DNA from: an uncultured Duodenibacillus sp.
Lineage (GTDB): Bacteria > Pseudomonadota > Gammaproteobacteria > Burkholderiales > Burkholderiaceae_F
Assembly: GCA_944390145.1 (NCBI GenBank)
Contig: CALXOY010000012.1
Coordinates: forward strand, 55,764-119,763
Length of the DNA: 64,000 nucleotides
Reading direction: 5' to 3'
Shown here: positions 1-10,897 of the stretch, piece after piece
Position numbering within the stretch: the stretch's first letter is position 1
How the letters are laid out: each line of letters begins with the position of its first letter
Notes under the pieces: generated by a model
Seen by the model: only the letters and a program-made list of their open reading frames with translations
Database searches by the model: none
Told to the model about the DNA's origin: nothing
Program-made: the position numbers and the translations under genes

Positions 1-206
1 CGGCCATATCGGCCGGAAAGTCCGAGTGGTCAGAAACAACAGGGCGCAAACTGTCAGCATATTTGATCTCTTGAGCGGAGAACGGATGCGGGCAAGTTAC
101 CACACTTTAATTGAGCCTGCCGCCCCTCGGAAAAAGAAATCCGGCCTCCCCGCGTTCCTGCGAACGCCGAAAGACCGGACTTTTCGTCTTTTAAGAAAGA
201 TGGCGG

Positions 207-1142
207 TTACGGCACCATCTCCTGCACCTCATCCTTCTTGATGGGCTTCACGAGATCCTCACGCTTCACGCCAAGGTACATGGCGATGGCGGCGGCCACG
301 AACACCGACGAGTAAACGCCCAGCATGATGCCAATCGTAAGCGCCAGCGCAAAGTAGTGCAGCGCGGGGCCCCCGAAGAAGAACATCGCAAGCGTCATCG
401 CAAGCGTTGAGCCGTGCGTGATCACCGTACGCGAAATCGTCGCGGTGATGGCCGAGTTGATCACCTCCACCGTGTCGGCGCGGCGCATCTTGCGGAAGTG
501 CTCACGGACGCGGTCGAAAATAATCACCGATTCGTTCACCGAGTAGCCCAGCACCGCGAGCACGGCCGCGAGAACCGGCAGCGAGAACTCCCAGTTCATC
601 ACGGCGAAGATGCCCACCACGATCACGATGTCGTGCAGGTTGGCGATGATGGCTGCGATGGCGAACTTCCACTCAAAGCGCATGGAGAGGTAAATGATGA
701 TGCCCGCCACGACAAGCAGCAGCGCCGTCAGACCGTCGGTTGCCAGTTCCTCGCCCACCTGCGGGCCCACAAACTCGTTGTTGACCATCTTCACGTCAGG
801 CGCCGTCTGCTGCAGTACGGCCATCAGTTCCTTTGCCATCTGGCCGGACGTTTCGCCCTCCTTCATCGGCAGACGGATCATGATGTCGCGCGCGGTGCCG
901 TAGTTCTGCACGGCAGCCTCGACGCCAAGCTTCGTCTGGATCTGCTCGCGGATTTGTTCGGTCTGCACCGCCTGCGGGTACTGCACCACAACCTGCGTGC
1001 CGCCCGTGAATTCAATGGAAAGCGAAAGGCCGTGGTAGAAAAGCCAGAAAACGGCAATCACAAATGAGATCAAGGAGATCGCGTTCAGGATATGCGAGTA
1101 GTGCATGAACGGGATCGTCTTGTGAATGCGGAAAAACTCCAT
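207..1142 (-). CDS. secF: Protein translocase subunit SecF
   Basis: 311 aa membrane protein with SIEFTGG, VGPQVG and GYSVNESVIIFDRVRE motifs; directly downstream of secD. Confidence 0.97.
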   Translation of the reverse strand: MEFFRIHKTIPFMHYSHILNAISLISFVIAVFWLFYHGLSLSIEFTGGTQVVVQYPQAVQTEQIREQIQTKLGVEAAVQNYGTARDIMIRLPMKEGETSGQMAKELMAVLQQTAPDVKMVNNEFVGPQVGEELATDGLTALLLVVAGIIIYLSMRFEWKFAIAAIIANLHDIVIVVGIFAVMNWEFSLPVLAAVLAVLGYSVNESVIIFDRVREHFRKMRRADTVEVINSAITATISRTVITHGSTLAMTLAMFFFGGPALHYFALALTIGIMLGVYSSVFVAAAIAMYLGVKREDLVKPIKKDEVQEMVP

Positions 1143-1162
1143 GATTTTCCTCTCTGTATTGC

Positions 1163-3058
1163 TTACTTCGACGACTGGACCTTAGCCGGATCCGGCCGCC
1201 AGACCTGACCAATGTGCACGCGCGTGAGCTTCTTCTGACGTCCGTAGATGAAGTTCACCATGCTGCGCGAGACGATCACGGAGGTAAATAGCGACGTCAT
1301 GATGCCCAAGCAATGCACCACGGCAAAGCCTCTCACCGGGCCCGAGCCGAAGATCAGCAGTGCAATGCCGGCAATCAAGCTTGTGACGTTGGAGTCGACA
1401 ATCGTCGCAAAGGCCATGCCGTAGCCTTCGCTGATGGCCAATTGCGGCGTTCGCCCGATGCGCAGTTCTTCACGGATGCGCTCGTTAATAAGCACGTTCG
1501 AGTCAACGGCCATGCCGAGGGTCAGAGCAATAGCCGCGATGCCGGGCAGCGTCAACGTGGCCTGCAGCATGGAGAGCAGCGCAATCAGGCACATCACGTT
1601 GCACATCAGGCTGATTGCGGTCACGATGCCGAAGACCTGGTAGTAGACCATCATGAAGACCGCCACAAAGCCAAAGCCGTAAAGCGTCGACCGGAAGCCC
1701 GCTTCAATGTTGTCAGCACCCAGCGACGGGCCGATCAGGCGTTCCTCCACGATTTCCATGGGGGCTGCCAAGGAACCCGCACGCAGCAGCAGCGCCGTGT
1801 CGGTGGCTTCCATCGTCGTCATGCGGCCGGAAATCTGCACGCGGCCGCCAGCGATCTCCTGACGGATCACGGGGGCGGTCACGACTTCGCCCTTGCCCTT
1901 TTCAAAGAGGATGATCGCCATGCGCTTACCCACATTGTCGCGGGTGACGTCGCGGAAGATGCGCGCGCCCTTGTTGTCGAGCGTGAGGTTCACCGTCGGT
2001 TCCTGCGTCTGCGAGTCAAAGCCCGGCTGCGCGTCGTTGAGGTTCTCGCGGGTGAGAACCACGCGGCGCTTCACAAGAATCGGGCGCTTTTCACGGTCGT
2101 AGTAAAGCTCGTCGCCAAAGGGGACGTTGCCCTGAGAGAGCTGCGTCAAGGCTTCGGGCGAGTCGTCCACCATGCGCACTTCAAGGGTTGCCGTACGGCC
2201 CAGGATGTCCTTTGCCTTGGCCGTATCCTGCACGCCCGGCAGCTGCACCACGATGCGGTCTGCGCCCTGCTGCGCAATCACGGGTTCGGCCACGCCGAGT
2301 TCATTGATGCGGTTGTGCAGCGTGGAGATGTTCTGCTTTAAGGCGTACTCCTGCACGTTTTGGATGGCGCGCTGCGAGAGTTCGGCCGAAAGAACGTATT
2401 TGCCGGCTCGCGTGCTTTCGGTCACCACCAGATCGGGCTGCGTGGAGCGCATCAGGTCGATGGCGCGTTCACGCTCCTGCTCGTCGTTGAAGGTCACGGT
2501 CACCGTATTGCCCTGACGCGAAATGCCGGCGTGGCGGATGCGCTTGTCGCGAAACTGCGTGCGCAGGTCGGCTGCGGTCGACTCGGCGCGCTTTTCAATG
2601 GCGGTGCGCATGTCCACCTGCAGCAGGAAGTGCACGCCGCCGCGCAGGTCAAGGCCAAGGTACATCGGCAGCGCGTTGATTTTCAGAAGCCACTCCGGCG
2701 TATTGGGCACGAGGTTCGGGGCCACGATGTAGGAGGGATCCTTCGGATCGGGGTTGAGCGCCCGCTCGATCACTTCACGGGCCTGCAGCTGCATTTCCGC
2801 CTGTGTGGGCTCAAAGCGCACGCGCACCGTGTTCTGCTGGGCGCCCTGCTCGTAGAAAACGCCGTTGGGCTCGATCTTGGCGTCGGCCAATGCCTTTTCC
2901 ACGCGGCTTAAGACCGTCTCATCGATCTTGACGGTCGATTTGCCGGAACTCACCTGCACGGCGGGCGATTCGCCGTAGAAGTTGGGAAGCGTATAAAGCG
3001 CCGCAATCAGCAGCACGATGCCGATGACGATGTACTTCCAAAGAGCGTATCGATTCAT
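1163..3058 (-). CDS. secD: Protein translocase subunit SecD
   Basis: 631 aa; LGLDLRGG, RINELGVAEP, IGPSLG and AVDSNVLINERIREE motifs. Confidence 0.97.
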   Translation of the reverse strand: MNRYALWKYIVIGIVLLIAALYTLPNFYGESPAVQVSSGKSTVKIDETVLSRVEKALADAKIEPNGVFYEQGAQQNTVRVRFEPTQAEMQLQAREVIERALNPDPKDPSYIVAPNLVPNTPEWLLKINALPMYLGLDLRGGVHFLLQVDMRTAIEKRAESTAADLRTQFRDKRIRHAGISRQGNTVTVTFNDEQERERAIDLMRSTQPDLVVTESTRAGKYVLSAELSQRAIQNVQEYALKQNISTLHNRINELGVAEPVIAQQGADRIVVQLPGVQDTAKAKDILGRTATLEVRMVDDSPEALTQLSQGNVPFGDELYYDREKRPILVKRRVVLTRENLNDAQPGFDSQTQEPTVNLTLDNKGARIFRDVTRDNVGKRMAIILFEKGKGEVVTAPVIRQEIAGGRVQISGRMTTMEATDTALLLRAGSLAAPMEIVEERLIGPSLGADNIEAGFRSTLYGFGFVAVFMMVYYQVFGIVTAISLMCNVMCLIALLSMLQATLTLPGIAAIALTLGMAVDSNVLINERIREELRIGRTPQLAISEGYGMAFATIVDSNVTSLIAGIALLIFGSGPVRGFAVVHCLGIMTSLFTSVIVSRSMVNFIYGRQKKLTRVHIGQVWRPDPAKVQSSK

Positions 3059-3369
3059 ACCAAAACTCCGGGCCGGCCGGCTCTGCTTCTTATTCTTGCG
3101 TCCCTTTGGGGTGATCGCTTTGCGTCAAGCCGGCGCCTTTCGTTGTTGAAACTGTCGGCGCAGCGTCCGGGAGGGCTCCGCGCCTGCAAAGTCCTCGGAA
3201 GAACTTTGCCCGCGCAAAAAGCGTTCAAGGGCTGTCAGCCCCGCCAGCGCCTTTGCGCAAAGAGCTGCAGAGGACTTTTGGCGTCCTGCTGCAGCGCATT
3301 TCAAAAAACAGCAAAGCGGGCGAGCTGCATTTGAGGCAATGCAGAGCGCCCGCTGCAAACACGCGTCAA

Positions 3370-3720
3370 TTACTTGTCGATTGACTTGAGCGTGCCGCGC
3401 GGCAGCACCGTCTGCACGGCCCCGCGCTGCATGGTGATCGTCACCGGATTGCCTTCGACGCGGCTGATTTCGATCACGATGTACTGTTCGTTCACGTCGG
3501 CGATGCGGCCCGCAAGCCCGCCGATCGTCACGATCTCGTCGCCCTTGGTGAGCGCTTCGCACATCTTCTGATGTTCCTTCTGGCGCTTTTGCTGCGGACG
3601 GATCAGGAAGAACCAGAACACAACAAAGATCAGAATGATGGGGATGATCTGCATCAGAAGGCCGCTCGTGCCGCCCGAAGCAGCTGCCGTCTGGGCCATG
3701 GCATCAGAAATGAAAAACAC
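3370..3720 (-). CDS. yajC: Preprotein translocase subunit YajC
   Basis: Single TM helix then IRPQQKRQKEH and GDEIVTIGGL; upstream of secD. Confidence 0.95.
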   Translation of the reverse strand: MFFISDAMAQTAAASGGTSGLLMQIIPIILIFVVFWFFLIRPQQKRQKEHQKMCEALTKGDEIVTIGGLAGRIADVNEQYIVIEISRVEGNPVTITMQRGAVQTVLPRGTLKSIDK

Positions 3721-3892
3721 TTCTTTCCTCTTTTTTCTCTTTTTAAATGAATCACGTCAACGCACGGGGCAGCCCCGCCGCGCCGTGCAAAACCCTTGGA
3801 TTATACGGAAAATCCGCAGCCGGCCTGAAAATCCGCATAGGATCTTTACCAAATTCCCGGCCGCGAAAACCCCGATGACATGCCTTTCACCC

Positions 3893-4963
3893 TCAGGGAA
3901 TGAGGGCGGGCATATCCAGGCCCGTTTTTTCATCGAGTCCGAAGAGAATGTTCATCGCCTGCACGGACTGGCCGGCAGCGCCCTTCACAAGGTTGTCCTC
4001 GACTGCAAGGATCACGATGAGGTCGCCGTTGCCCGGCCGATGCACCGCAAGCCGCAGGAAGTTCGAGCCGCGCACGCTGCGGGTTTCAGGGGTCGACCCC
4101 GCGGGCATCACGTCAACGAAGTATTCGCCCGCGTAGCGCTTCTCATAGAGCCCCTGCAAGTCGAGCTCCATCGAGGCGTCCTTGAGCCGCACGTAAATCG
4201 TCGAATGAATTCCGCGGATGGTGGGCAACAGATGCGGCACGAAGGTGAGCTTCACGTTCTCCGTGCCCGCAAAGAGCTTTAACTGCTGCTCGATTTCAGG
4301 CGTATGCCGGTGACCCTTCAAGCCATAGGCGTGAAAGTTGTCCGCCATTTCGGCGGTGATAAGCGACACGTCGGCTTTTCTGCCGGAGCCCGAGATGCCC
4401 GACTTGCTGTCAGCGATGATGTGTTCAAGATCAAACGTGCCCGGGTGCGCCTTCTCAAATTCGAGCAGCGGCAAAAGCCCCAGTTCAATCGAGGTGGGGT
4501 AGCAGCCCGCCATGCCGAGGATGCGCGCCCCCTTCATCTTTTCGCGCATCGTCTCGGGCTGTCCATAGACCGCCTCTTCTAGAAGCTCGGGGCAGGCGTG
4601 ATCGAGCTTGTACCAGGTCTTGAAGACCGCGGTGTCGCGCAGCCGGAAGTCGGCCGCCAGATCAATGATCTTGACGCCGGCGGCAACGAGCTCTCGCGCC
4701 ATGTTCATCGCAACGCCGTGGGGCGTGGCAAAAAAGACGACGTCGCAGTCGGTGAGCTTTGCTTCCTCCGGCGTTGAAAAGACAAGGCCGTCCATAAATC
4801 CCCTCAAGGAGGGGAACATCGCGGTCACGGGCGTGCCCGCATCCTTTCTCGAGGTGATCGCGGTCACGGTCACCTGCGGGTGGCGCGCTAAAAGCCGCAG
4901 CAGCTCCACGCCCGTGTAGCCCGTGCCCCCCACAATGCCCGCATTGATTGTTTTTTCCTGCAT
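3893..4963 (-). CDS. argC: N-acetyl-gamma-glutamyl-phosphate reductase
   Basis: [28 protein letters not shown] and [10 protein letters not shown] motifs; start placed at MQEKTIN (4978 is an alternative). Confidence 0.95.
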   Translation of the reverse strand: MQEKTINAGIVGGTGYTGVELLRLLARHPQVTVTAITSRKDAGTPVTAMFPSLRGFMDGLVFSTPEEAKLTDCDVVFFATPHGVAMNMARELVAAGVKIIDLAADFRLRDTAVFKTWYKLDHACPELLEEAVYGQPETMREKMKGARILGMAGCYPTSIELGLLPLLEFEKAHPGTFDLEHIIADSKSGISGSGRKADVSLITAEMADNFHAYGLKGHRHTPEIEQQLKLFAGTENVKLTFVPHLLPTIRGIHSTIYVRLKDASMELDLQGLYEKRYAGEYFVDVMPAGSTPETRSVRGSNFLRLAVHRPGNGDLIVILAVEDNLVKGAAGQSVQAMNILFGLDEKTGLDMPALIP

Positions 4964-5207
4964 TGCTTTGACTCCCATTCTTTTCTTTTTCCGGCTCTCC
5001 AGAGCCTCCCCAGCCCTGCGGCAGGGAATATCCCGCCCGTAAAGGGGAAAGCTCCCCTCACGCCAGCCGGCGTTGTTTTCTTTTTGACGCAGACGAAAAA
5101 AGACCGCCGCCCGGGATCTCGGGAGACGGTCTCTTTGCCCGGACAATGCTTCTTCAAACCGAAGTTTGTCAAAGTATAGCGGGCAACAAATCCGAAACGC
5201 TGAGCAA

Positions 5208-5600
5208 TTAACGCTTGCTGAACTGCTTGGCGCGGCGGGCCTTGCGCAGACCAACCTTCTTGCGTTCGACTTCACGGGCGTCGCGGGTCACGAGACCGGC
5301 GGCCGAGAGAACGGGCTTCAGACCCGCATCGTAGTCGATCAGGGCGCGGGTGATGCCGTGACGGACGGCGCCAGCCTGGCCGGATTCACCGCCGCCCGAG
5401 ACGTTCACCATGATGTCGAACGTTTCGACGTTTTCGGTGAGCTGCAGGGGCTGCATGACGATCATGCGGCCGGTTTCGCGCTTGAAGAATTCGTTGAGGT
5501 CACGACCGTTGATCACGATCTTGCCCGTGCCGCGCTTGATGAAGACGCGAGCCACAGAGCTCTTGCGGCGGCCGGTGCCGTAGTTGTAGTTGCCGATCAT
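5208..5600 (-). CDS. rpsI: 30S ribosomal protein S9
   Basis: [13 protein letters not shown] ... KQFSKR. Confidence 0.99.
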   Translation of the reverse strand: MIGNYNYGTGRRKSSVARVFIKRGTGKIVINGRDLNEFFKRETGRMIVMQPLQLTENVETFDIMVNVSGGGESGQAGAVRHGITRALIDYDAGLKPVLSAAGLVTRDAREVERKKVGLRKARRAKQFSKR

Positions 5601-5611
5601 GTTATTCCACC

Positions 5612-6040
5612 TTAAATGTCAAGAACCTTGGGCTGCTGTGCGGAATGCGGGTGTTCGGCGCCGGCGTAGATCTTGAGCTTCTTGATCATGGCGTAGCCGA
5701 GGCGTCCCTTCGGAAGCATGCCGCGCACGGCGATTTCAAGCGCACGGCCGGGGTGCTTTTCCTGCATCTCGCGGAAGGTGGTTTCACGCACGCCGCCGGG
5801 ATAGCCCGTGTGGCGGTAGTACGTCTTCTTGGTGTCTTTTTCAGCGGAAAGCTTCAGCTTTTCAGCATTGATGACGACGATATAGTCGCCCGTGTCGACA
5901 TGCGGCGTGTATTCGGGCTTGTGCTTGCCGCGCAGCCGCAGTGCGATTTCGGCAGCAAGGCGGCCAAGCACCTTGTCCGTGCCATCGACCACGTACCAGT
6001 CGCGCTGAACTTCAAGCGGCTTGGCAGAGAAGGTCTTCAT
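5612..6040 (-). CDS. rplM: 50S ribosomal protein L13
   Basis: MKTFSAK...WYVVD...[17 protein letters not shown]; start at ATG 6040. Confidence 0.99.
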   Translation of the reverse strand: MKTFSAKPLEVQRDWYVVDGTDKVLGRLAAEIALRLRGKHKPEYTPHVDTGDYIVVINAEKLKLSAEKDTKKTYYRHTGYPGGVRETTFREMQEKHPGRALEIAVRGMLPKGRLGYAMIKKLKIYAGAEHPHSAQQPKVLDI

Positions 6041-6475
6041 TGTTATCACCTGATTCACAAAAAGACAACGCAGAATTTCATAAACCGCCTCGTACAGGGT
6101 GGCGCCCGTACTTTGCACAGGTTGGAGCTGCTGGGCAGTCTGCGTTCGTCAAAAACAAAAACGGGGCAAAAACGCCGGTGCCGGTCCCGCGCTCTAACTA
6201 CGCAGCCAGCTTCCTCCAGTGTCTTTTGCCGGAAATTTTCTGTTGATTTTCTTTTTGCCGCTTGTCGCCGTCAGTCCAGTGGAAATCGGGGAAACTGAAA
6301 GCACGGTGAAAATCAGACGCGCAATAATACACGATGCAGGCGTCTTTTGCCAACATCGCCAAACGGCCGGCTCCGCCGGGCTTCAACGCCACCGGCAGCC
6401 CGCCGCAAAAAGCGCGCTCTCCCGCCGCCCTTCTTCAAGAAAGAACGTGAAAGAAGGCGCGCGCCGCAAACCCGC

Positions 6476-6685
6476 TTATTCTTCGACGGGCTTGACGTGA
6501 GAAGCCTGCTTTCCCTTGGGGCCTTCGACCACCTCGAAGACCACCCTTTGGCCTTCCTTGAGGCTCTTGAAGCCCTTCATCTCAATGGCGGAGAAATGCA
6601 CGAACAGGTCCTCGCCGCCTTCGTCCGGCGTGATGAACCCAAAACCCTTGGCATCGTTAAACCACTTGACCGCGCCCTGCGCCAT
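6476..6685 (-). CDS. Cold-shock domain protein (CspA/CspD family)
   Basis: [12 protein letters not shown] (RNP1) and LFVHFSAI (RNP2). Confidence 0.95.
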   Translation of the reverse strand: MAQGAVKWFNDAKGFGFITPDEGGEDLFVHFSAIEMKGFKSLKEGQRVVFEVVEGPKGKQASHVKPVEE

Positions 6686-7021
6686 ATGCCTGCCTCTTTG
6701 ACTTGTTGAAACGCTTGTTTTTCATCTGCGCACAAAGGCCCCGCCCTGCAGGGAAACGCCCCGCGCAGTCCCACTACATTACGCCGGCTGTCTGCGGCCA
6801 ACAGCAGCGGCGGCATCTTTTCCCATCTTGTGTGCATTTATTGATACAAAAACACACACAGCAACGTGTATTCTCTTTGTGCTCGTGCTTTGCGCGCTGC
6901 CGGTGCCGGTTTTCCCCCACGCTGCGGCGCGCAGAATGTAAATTCCCGCCCCGCCGTCCGCACGGGGCGTCAATATACGATATATTGCTTAGGGTATTTC
7001 TCTTATAAACTAACCGACACC

Positions 7022-7489
7022 ATGCCGCGATTTCTACCGGGACTGACGCTTTCGCTTGCCGCCTGCTCACTGATGGCTCAAAGCCTTGACGAAGTGCAGG
7101 CGATCCGCCTCGGGCACCAGATCATTGAGCTCGAAGTGGCCCGCACCTCCATCGAGCACCGCACGGGCCTCATGCACCGCGCCCATCTCGCCCCCAACCA
7201 CGGCATGCTCTTTGTGTTTGAAGCCCCGCGCCCGATTGCGATGTGGATGAAAAACACCCTGATTGACCTCGACGCCGCCTTCATCGACGCCTGCGGCCGC
7301 ATCACGCAGATCGAGACCATGAAAAAGGGAACGCTCGACCTGCATCAGTCGCGCGTGGATGCGGCAAGCGTCATTGAAATGAACGCTGGCTGGTTTGCGC
7401 AGCACGGCATCAAGGTGGGCGCCATCATTCCGGAGCTTGTCGACCGCAAATACTGCCGCAATGAATCGAACGCCGCCTCCCCTGATTAA
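7022..7489 (+). CDS. DUF192 family exported protein
   Basis: Signal peptide; GLMHR..L....GMLFVF, MWMKNTLIDLD and VIEMNAGWF motifs. Confidence 0.85.
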   Translation: MPRFLPGLTLSLAACSLMAQSLDEVQAIRLGHQIIELEVARTSIEHRTGLMHRAHLAPNHGMLFVFEAPRPIAMWMKNTLIDLDAAFIDACGRITQIETMKKGTLDLHQSRVDAASVIEMNAGWFAQHGIKVGAIIPELVDRKYCRNESNAASPD

Positions 7490-7577
7490 AGGAATGCGCC
7501 GCCCTTGAGCCTCTTTGCCGGTTTTTGCGGGATCCGTCCGCCGGAACCGCCGCCCTTGCCTGAGGCCGGCCCCCCGG

Positions 7578-8138
7578 TCATGGCAACCGCTGCGCAATGC
7601 GCTGAAGCTCCTCCACTTCCCGGATCTTTTCCAAAATGGCTTCAGCCTCGCCCCGGGTTCTGCCGTTTTTCACAAGGAGAACCTCAATGCCGATGGGGCG
7701 CCGCGCCCCGTTCGTCTCCTCCCACTCGGGGCAATAGCGGGAGTCGCGCAGTCGCTTCCCTTGGCTCACACCCGCGAAGGCGTCATAGACCGCGTCGAGC
7801 ACGGACGCTTCTGCCACAGAGAGCGCATCAAACGTGGCGAGCGGCTCCTTGGAGTCGACATGAACCGTGCTCTTGAGCGCACGTTCGCTGCTGCCGGAAC
7901 GCGTGATCCATGCGTCCCAATCCTCACTCCCGTTTGCAAGGCACGCAGAGGCCGCCGACATAGCCGGACCCTGCGGCAGGCAGACCATCCGGTCGCCTGT
8001 GAGCCGCTCGCCGCACTGCAGCAAAAACTGCTTCTCGGCAAGGTACAAGAGCCCCATGAGCTTTACAGAGGGCAGCCTGCCGCCCGCTCTCCAAAGAAGA
8101 AAGGCTGCGGCTTGTGCGGATTTCTGAGCGTCAAACAT
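7578..8138 (-). CDS. Panacea (DUF4065/SocA-like) domain protein, orphan antitoxin-like
   Basis: KSAQAAAFLL...KLMGLLYLAEK..L...GERLTGD......GP and C-terminal CPEW motifs; start at ATG 8138. Confidence 0.75.
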   Translation of the reverse strand: MFDAQKSAQAAAFLLWRAGGRLPSVKLMGLLYLAEKQFLLQCGERLTGDRMVCLPQGPAMSAASACLANGSEDWDAWITRSGSSERALKSTVHVDSKEPLATFDALSVAEASVLDAVYDAFAGVSQGKRLRDSRYCPEWEETNGARRPIGIEVLLVKNGRTRGEAEAILEKIREVEELQRIAQRLP

Positions 8139-8288
8139 CAAAGATCGTGTCAAAAAAAGCGGGAAAAGCACACACTTCCCCCGCCTTCTTATTTTTGGCC
8201 GTCGTCTTCTGCGCGCCGGCCCGACGCTGTCTACGGAAGGCTCCCGCCGGGTTTTCACGCCCGGCCGTGCCTTTCACCGCAAGCGCTC

Positions 8289-8945
8289 TTACTTGCTGCA
8301 GCCGCAGGAGCCGCAGCAGCAGCCCTCGCCCTCGCCGCGGCAGTCGCAGTCGCACGGTTCGCCGTTAAAGCGTCCCTGCACGAAGTCCCAATTCACCAGC
8401 TTCTCGAAGAAAGCCTTGATGTAGGCTGCGCGTGCATTGCGGTAGTCGATGTAGTAGGCGTGTTCCCAAACGTCGATCACCATCAGGGGCTTCAAGTGGT
8501 CGGTCAAGGGCGTGCCGGCGTTGGAGGTCGAGTAGATTTCCAGCTGGCCATCCAAGCGCTTTACCAGCCACGTCCAGCCCGAGCCGAAGTTGTTGTTGGC
8601 CTTGGCCGAGAAGTCGGCCACAAAGCCCTCGAAGGACCCCCACTGCTTTTCAATGGCCTGCAGGAGTTCGCCCGTCGGAGCGCCGCCGCCGTTGGGGGTG
8701 AGGCACTTCCAGTAGAAGGCGTGGTTGTAGCTCTGGGCGGCGTTGTTGAAGACCGGGCCCTGGCTCGTCTTGATGATTTCGCGCAGAGACTCCGCTTCGT
8801 ACATCGTTCCCTTGATGAGATTGTTGAGGTTGTTGATGTAGGTCTGATGGTGCTTGCCGTAATGGTATTCAAGCGTCTCCTTGCTGATGGCCGGGGCAAG
8901 GGCATCCATTGCGTAGTCAAGCTTGGGCAAAACGAACTGGCTCAT
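8289..8945 (-). CDS. sodB: Fe/Mn superoxide dismutase, probably Fe-type, with Cys-rich C-terminal tail
   Basis: [28 protein letters not shown] and DVWEHAYY motifs. Confidence 0.95.
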   Translation of the reverse strand: MSQFVLPKLDYAMDALAPAISKETLEYHYGKHHQTYINNLNNLIKGTMYEAESLREIIKTSQGPVFNNAAQSYNHAFYWKCLTPNGGGAPTGELLQAIEKQWGSFEGFVADFSAKANNNFGSGWTWLVKRLDGQLEIYSTSNAGTPLTDHLKPLMVIDVWEHAYYIDYRNARAAYIKAFFEKLVNWDFVQGRFNGEPCDCDCRGEGEGCCCGSCGCSK

Positions 8946-9164
8946 TGGAGTTCTCCACAAAGATCGTAATCGGCCGGATTTCTTCGGCTTTCGTTGGGGA
9001 CGCGTGCGCTTTCAGCTCTTCCTTCTTTTTACAAACTGCTGAAAGCGAGGCGGATCGCAAAAACGCGGCCCTGTCACTGACAGATGATAGTCCGAAATGC
9101 CCGCGTTTCTCCCCGCCAAATGCAAATGAGAACAAAATTTCGACCGGAGAAAACGAAATTTTGG

Positions 9165-10556
9165 CTATTTTGTGCGGGAAATCTCCTGCACTTGCGTGAG
9201 AACGCTGCCGTCGGCAAAGTGAATGTGAAGGGCGTCTCCCTTTTTCAAAGCCGCCGCCCCCGCCACGCGCCGCCCGCTTGCGTCGGTGGCAAGCGTAAAG
9301 CCCCGCCTTAAAGTCTGCGAAACATCGAGCGCATTGAGCGCTGCCGCAAGCTGCTCAAGCCGCGCGCTCTTGTCCTTTAAAGCATAGGCAAAGGCCGATG
9401 TCAGAAGCTGCTCTTTTTGCTGCAGGCTGAGGTTCAGGGCACCGGCCGCCGGCCGCGCGCGCTTTAGGCGCGCCTCAAGCACGGCCAACTGCGCCGCCCC
9501 GGTTTGCGTGAAGCCCCTTGCCGCCGCCTCAAGCGCCATCGCGCTGCGGTCAAGCCGTTCGGTCAAAAGGTCAAGCGCATGCTCGCACGAGCGCCGCAAA
9601 TCCCGCTCCTGGGGCAGCGCCGCCCGCAGCCGGACAAAGAGATTTGCCGCCGCGGCCCGCAGATTGCCCCGGCGCATGAGTTCGGCGCGCGCAAGCATCA
9701 GCCTGCTTTTAGCCTGCGCCGCAAGCCGGCGTTCAAGCGAGGCAAGTTCCTGCGGGGCCGCCGCCCAGTGCTGCAGCACGATCGAGCAGGCGGCAGTCGG
9801 CGTCGGCGCCCGAAGGTCGACCGCCATATCAGCGATCGTAAAGTCCGTCTCGTGCCCAACGCCGGTCACGACCGGCATCGGCATCCGCCGAAGGCGCCGC
9901 GCGATGGCTTCCGAATTAAAGCTCCAGAGGTCGGCAAGCGACCCGCCGCCTCTGACTAACAGCAGCACATCGACGCGATTTTCCCCGGCAGCCTTGTCCA
10001 ACGCCGCCAGAATCTCGGCTTCCGAGGCTTCGCCCTGCACGGATGCGTGGTAGAGCACAAAGGGCACCCAGGGGGCAAGGCGCGCCCGCGTCTTCATCAC
10101 ATCTTGGAGCGCCGCCGTCTCCGAACTCGTCACCACGCCCACGGCCCGCGGATAGCGCGGCAGCGGCTTTTTGACGGCCGCTTCAAAAAGGCCTTCGGCA
10201 AGAAGCTTGCGCTTTAGCGCTTCAAAGCGGGCGAAAAGAGCCCCTTCGCCAGCGTCCTCCACGTCGGTGACATTAAATTGCAGCTGTCCGCGGTTTTCAA
10301 AGACGTCGAGCGTGCCGGTGAGCACCACCGCCTGTCCCTGCCGCGGCAGGCTTTTGAGAGTGAAGGCCGTGCGGCGCCAGATCACGCAGTGCAGCTGCGC
10401 GTCGCCTTCACGATCTTTGAGGTCGAGGTAGACGTGCCCGGACGGATAGGGCTTGATGGAGTGGACTTCGCCTTCGATGCGGATAAAGCCCAGACGGTTT
10501 AATCCGCCCTTGATGCGGCGAAGAATGGAGGAGACGCTGACAGCGGGCGGGATCAC
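9165..10556 (-). CDS. xseA: Exodeoxyribonuclease VII large subunit
   Basis: SGHVYLDLKD, RGGGSLADLWSFN, GVGHETDFTIAD and RAPTPTAA motifs; probable GTG start at 10556 just after the upstream stop. Confidence 0.93.
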   Translation of the reverse strand: MIPPAVSVSSILRRIKGGLNRLGFIRIEGEVHSIKPYPSGHVYLDLKDREGDAQLHCVIWRRTAFTLKSLPRQGQAVVLTGTLDVFENRGQLQFNVTDVEDAGEGALFARFEALKRKLLAEGLFEAAVKKPLPRYPRAVGVVTSSETAALQDVMKTRARLAPWVPFVLYHASVQGEASEAEILAALDKAAGENRVDVLLLVRGGGSLADLWSFNSEAIARRLRRMPMPVVTGVGHETDFTIADMAVDLRAPTPTAACSIVLQHWAAAPQELASLERRLAAQAKSRLMLARAELMRRGNLRAAAANLFVRLRAALPQERDLRRSCEHALDLLTERLDRSAMALEAAARGFTQTGAAQLAVLEARLKRARPAAGALNLSLQQKEQLLTSAFAYALKDKSARLEQLAAALNALDVSQTLRRGFTLATDASGRRVAGAAALKKGDALHIHFADGSVLTQVQEISRTK

Positions 10557-10557
10557 A

Positions 10558-10869
10558 TCAGTGCCCGCGTCCGGCGGGGTGAAGAAGCTCAGGGAGCCCT
10601 GCGGCCGCCGCCCACTCGTCGACCTCAAAGTTTGCAATCAGGCCGGCCCTGGCATAGGGGTCGTTTTTTGCAAAGTCCTCGACCTCGGCACTTGAATCCG
10701 CATAGCAGAGGATCAACGCCGCGGGCTCCTTCGGAAGAACGCCAGCGCCGAGCACAAAGCCCTCGTCGACTTTTTGCTGGATCCGGGCGAGGTGTTCGGC
10801 ACGGAAGGCGTTGCGCCTTGCCATATAGTCGGCAACATAGTGATAAATGAGCACGTAGTGCTTTTTCAT
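10558..10869 (-). CDS. YciI-like protein
   Basis: R..FRAEHL and FAKNDPY..AGL motifs; 103 aa from ATG 10869. Confidence 0.85.
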   Translation of the reverse strand: MKKHYVLIYHYVADYMARRNAFRAEHLARIQQKVDEGFVLGAGVLPKEPAALILCYADSSAEVEDFAKNDPYARAGLIANFEVDEWAAAAGLPELLHPAGRGH

Positions 10870-10897
10870 GGCGCGGCCTTCCTGCTTAAAAAAAGAA

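Noticed and set aside
3059-3892. Arrest-peptide uORF (VemP/Apd-like) upstream of secD or yajC
   Set aside because: Short ORFs present lack a signal/TM segment and any RAPP/RAGP-type motif
9118-9140. Fur-like site upstream of sodB (TGCAAATGAGAAC)
   Set aside because: Only half matches the consensus and it is not palindromic
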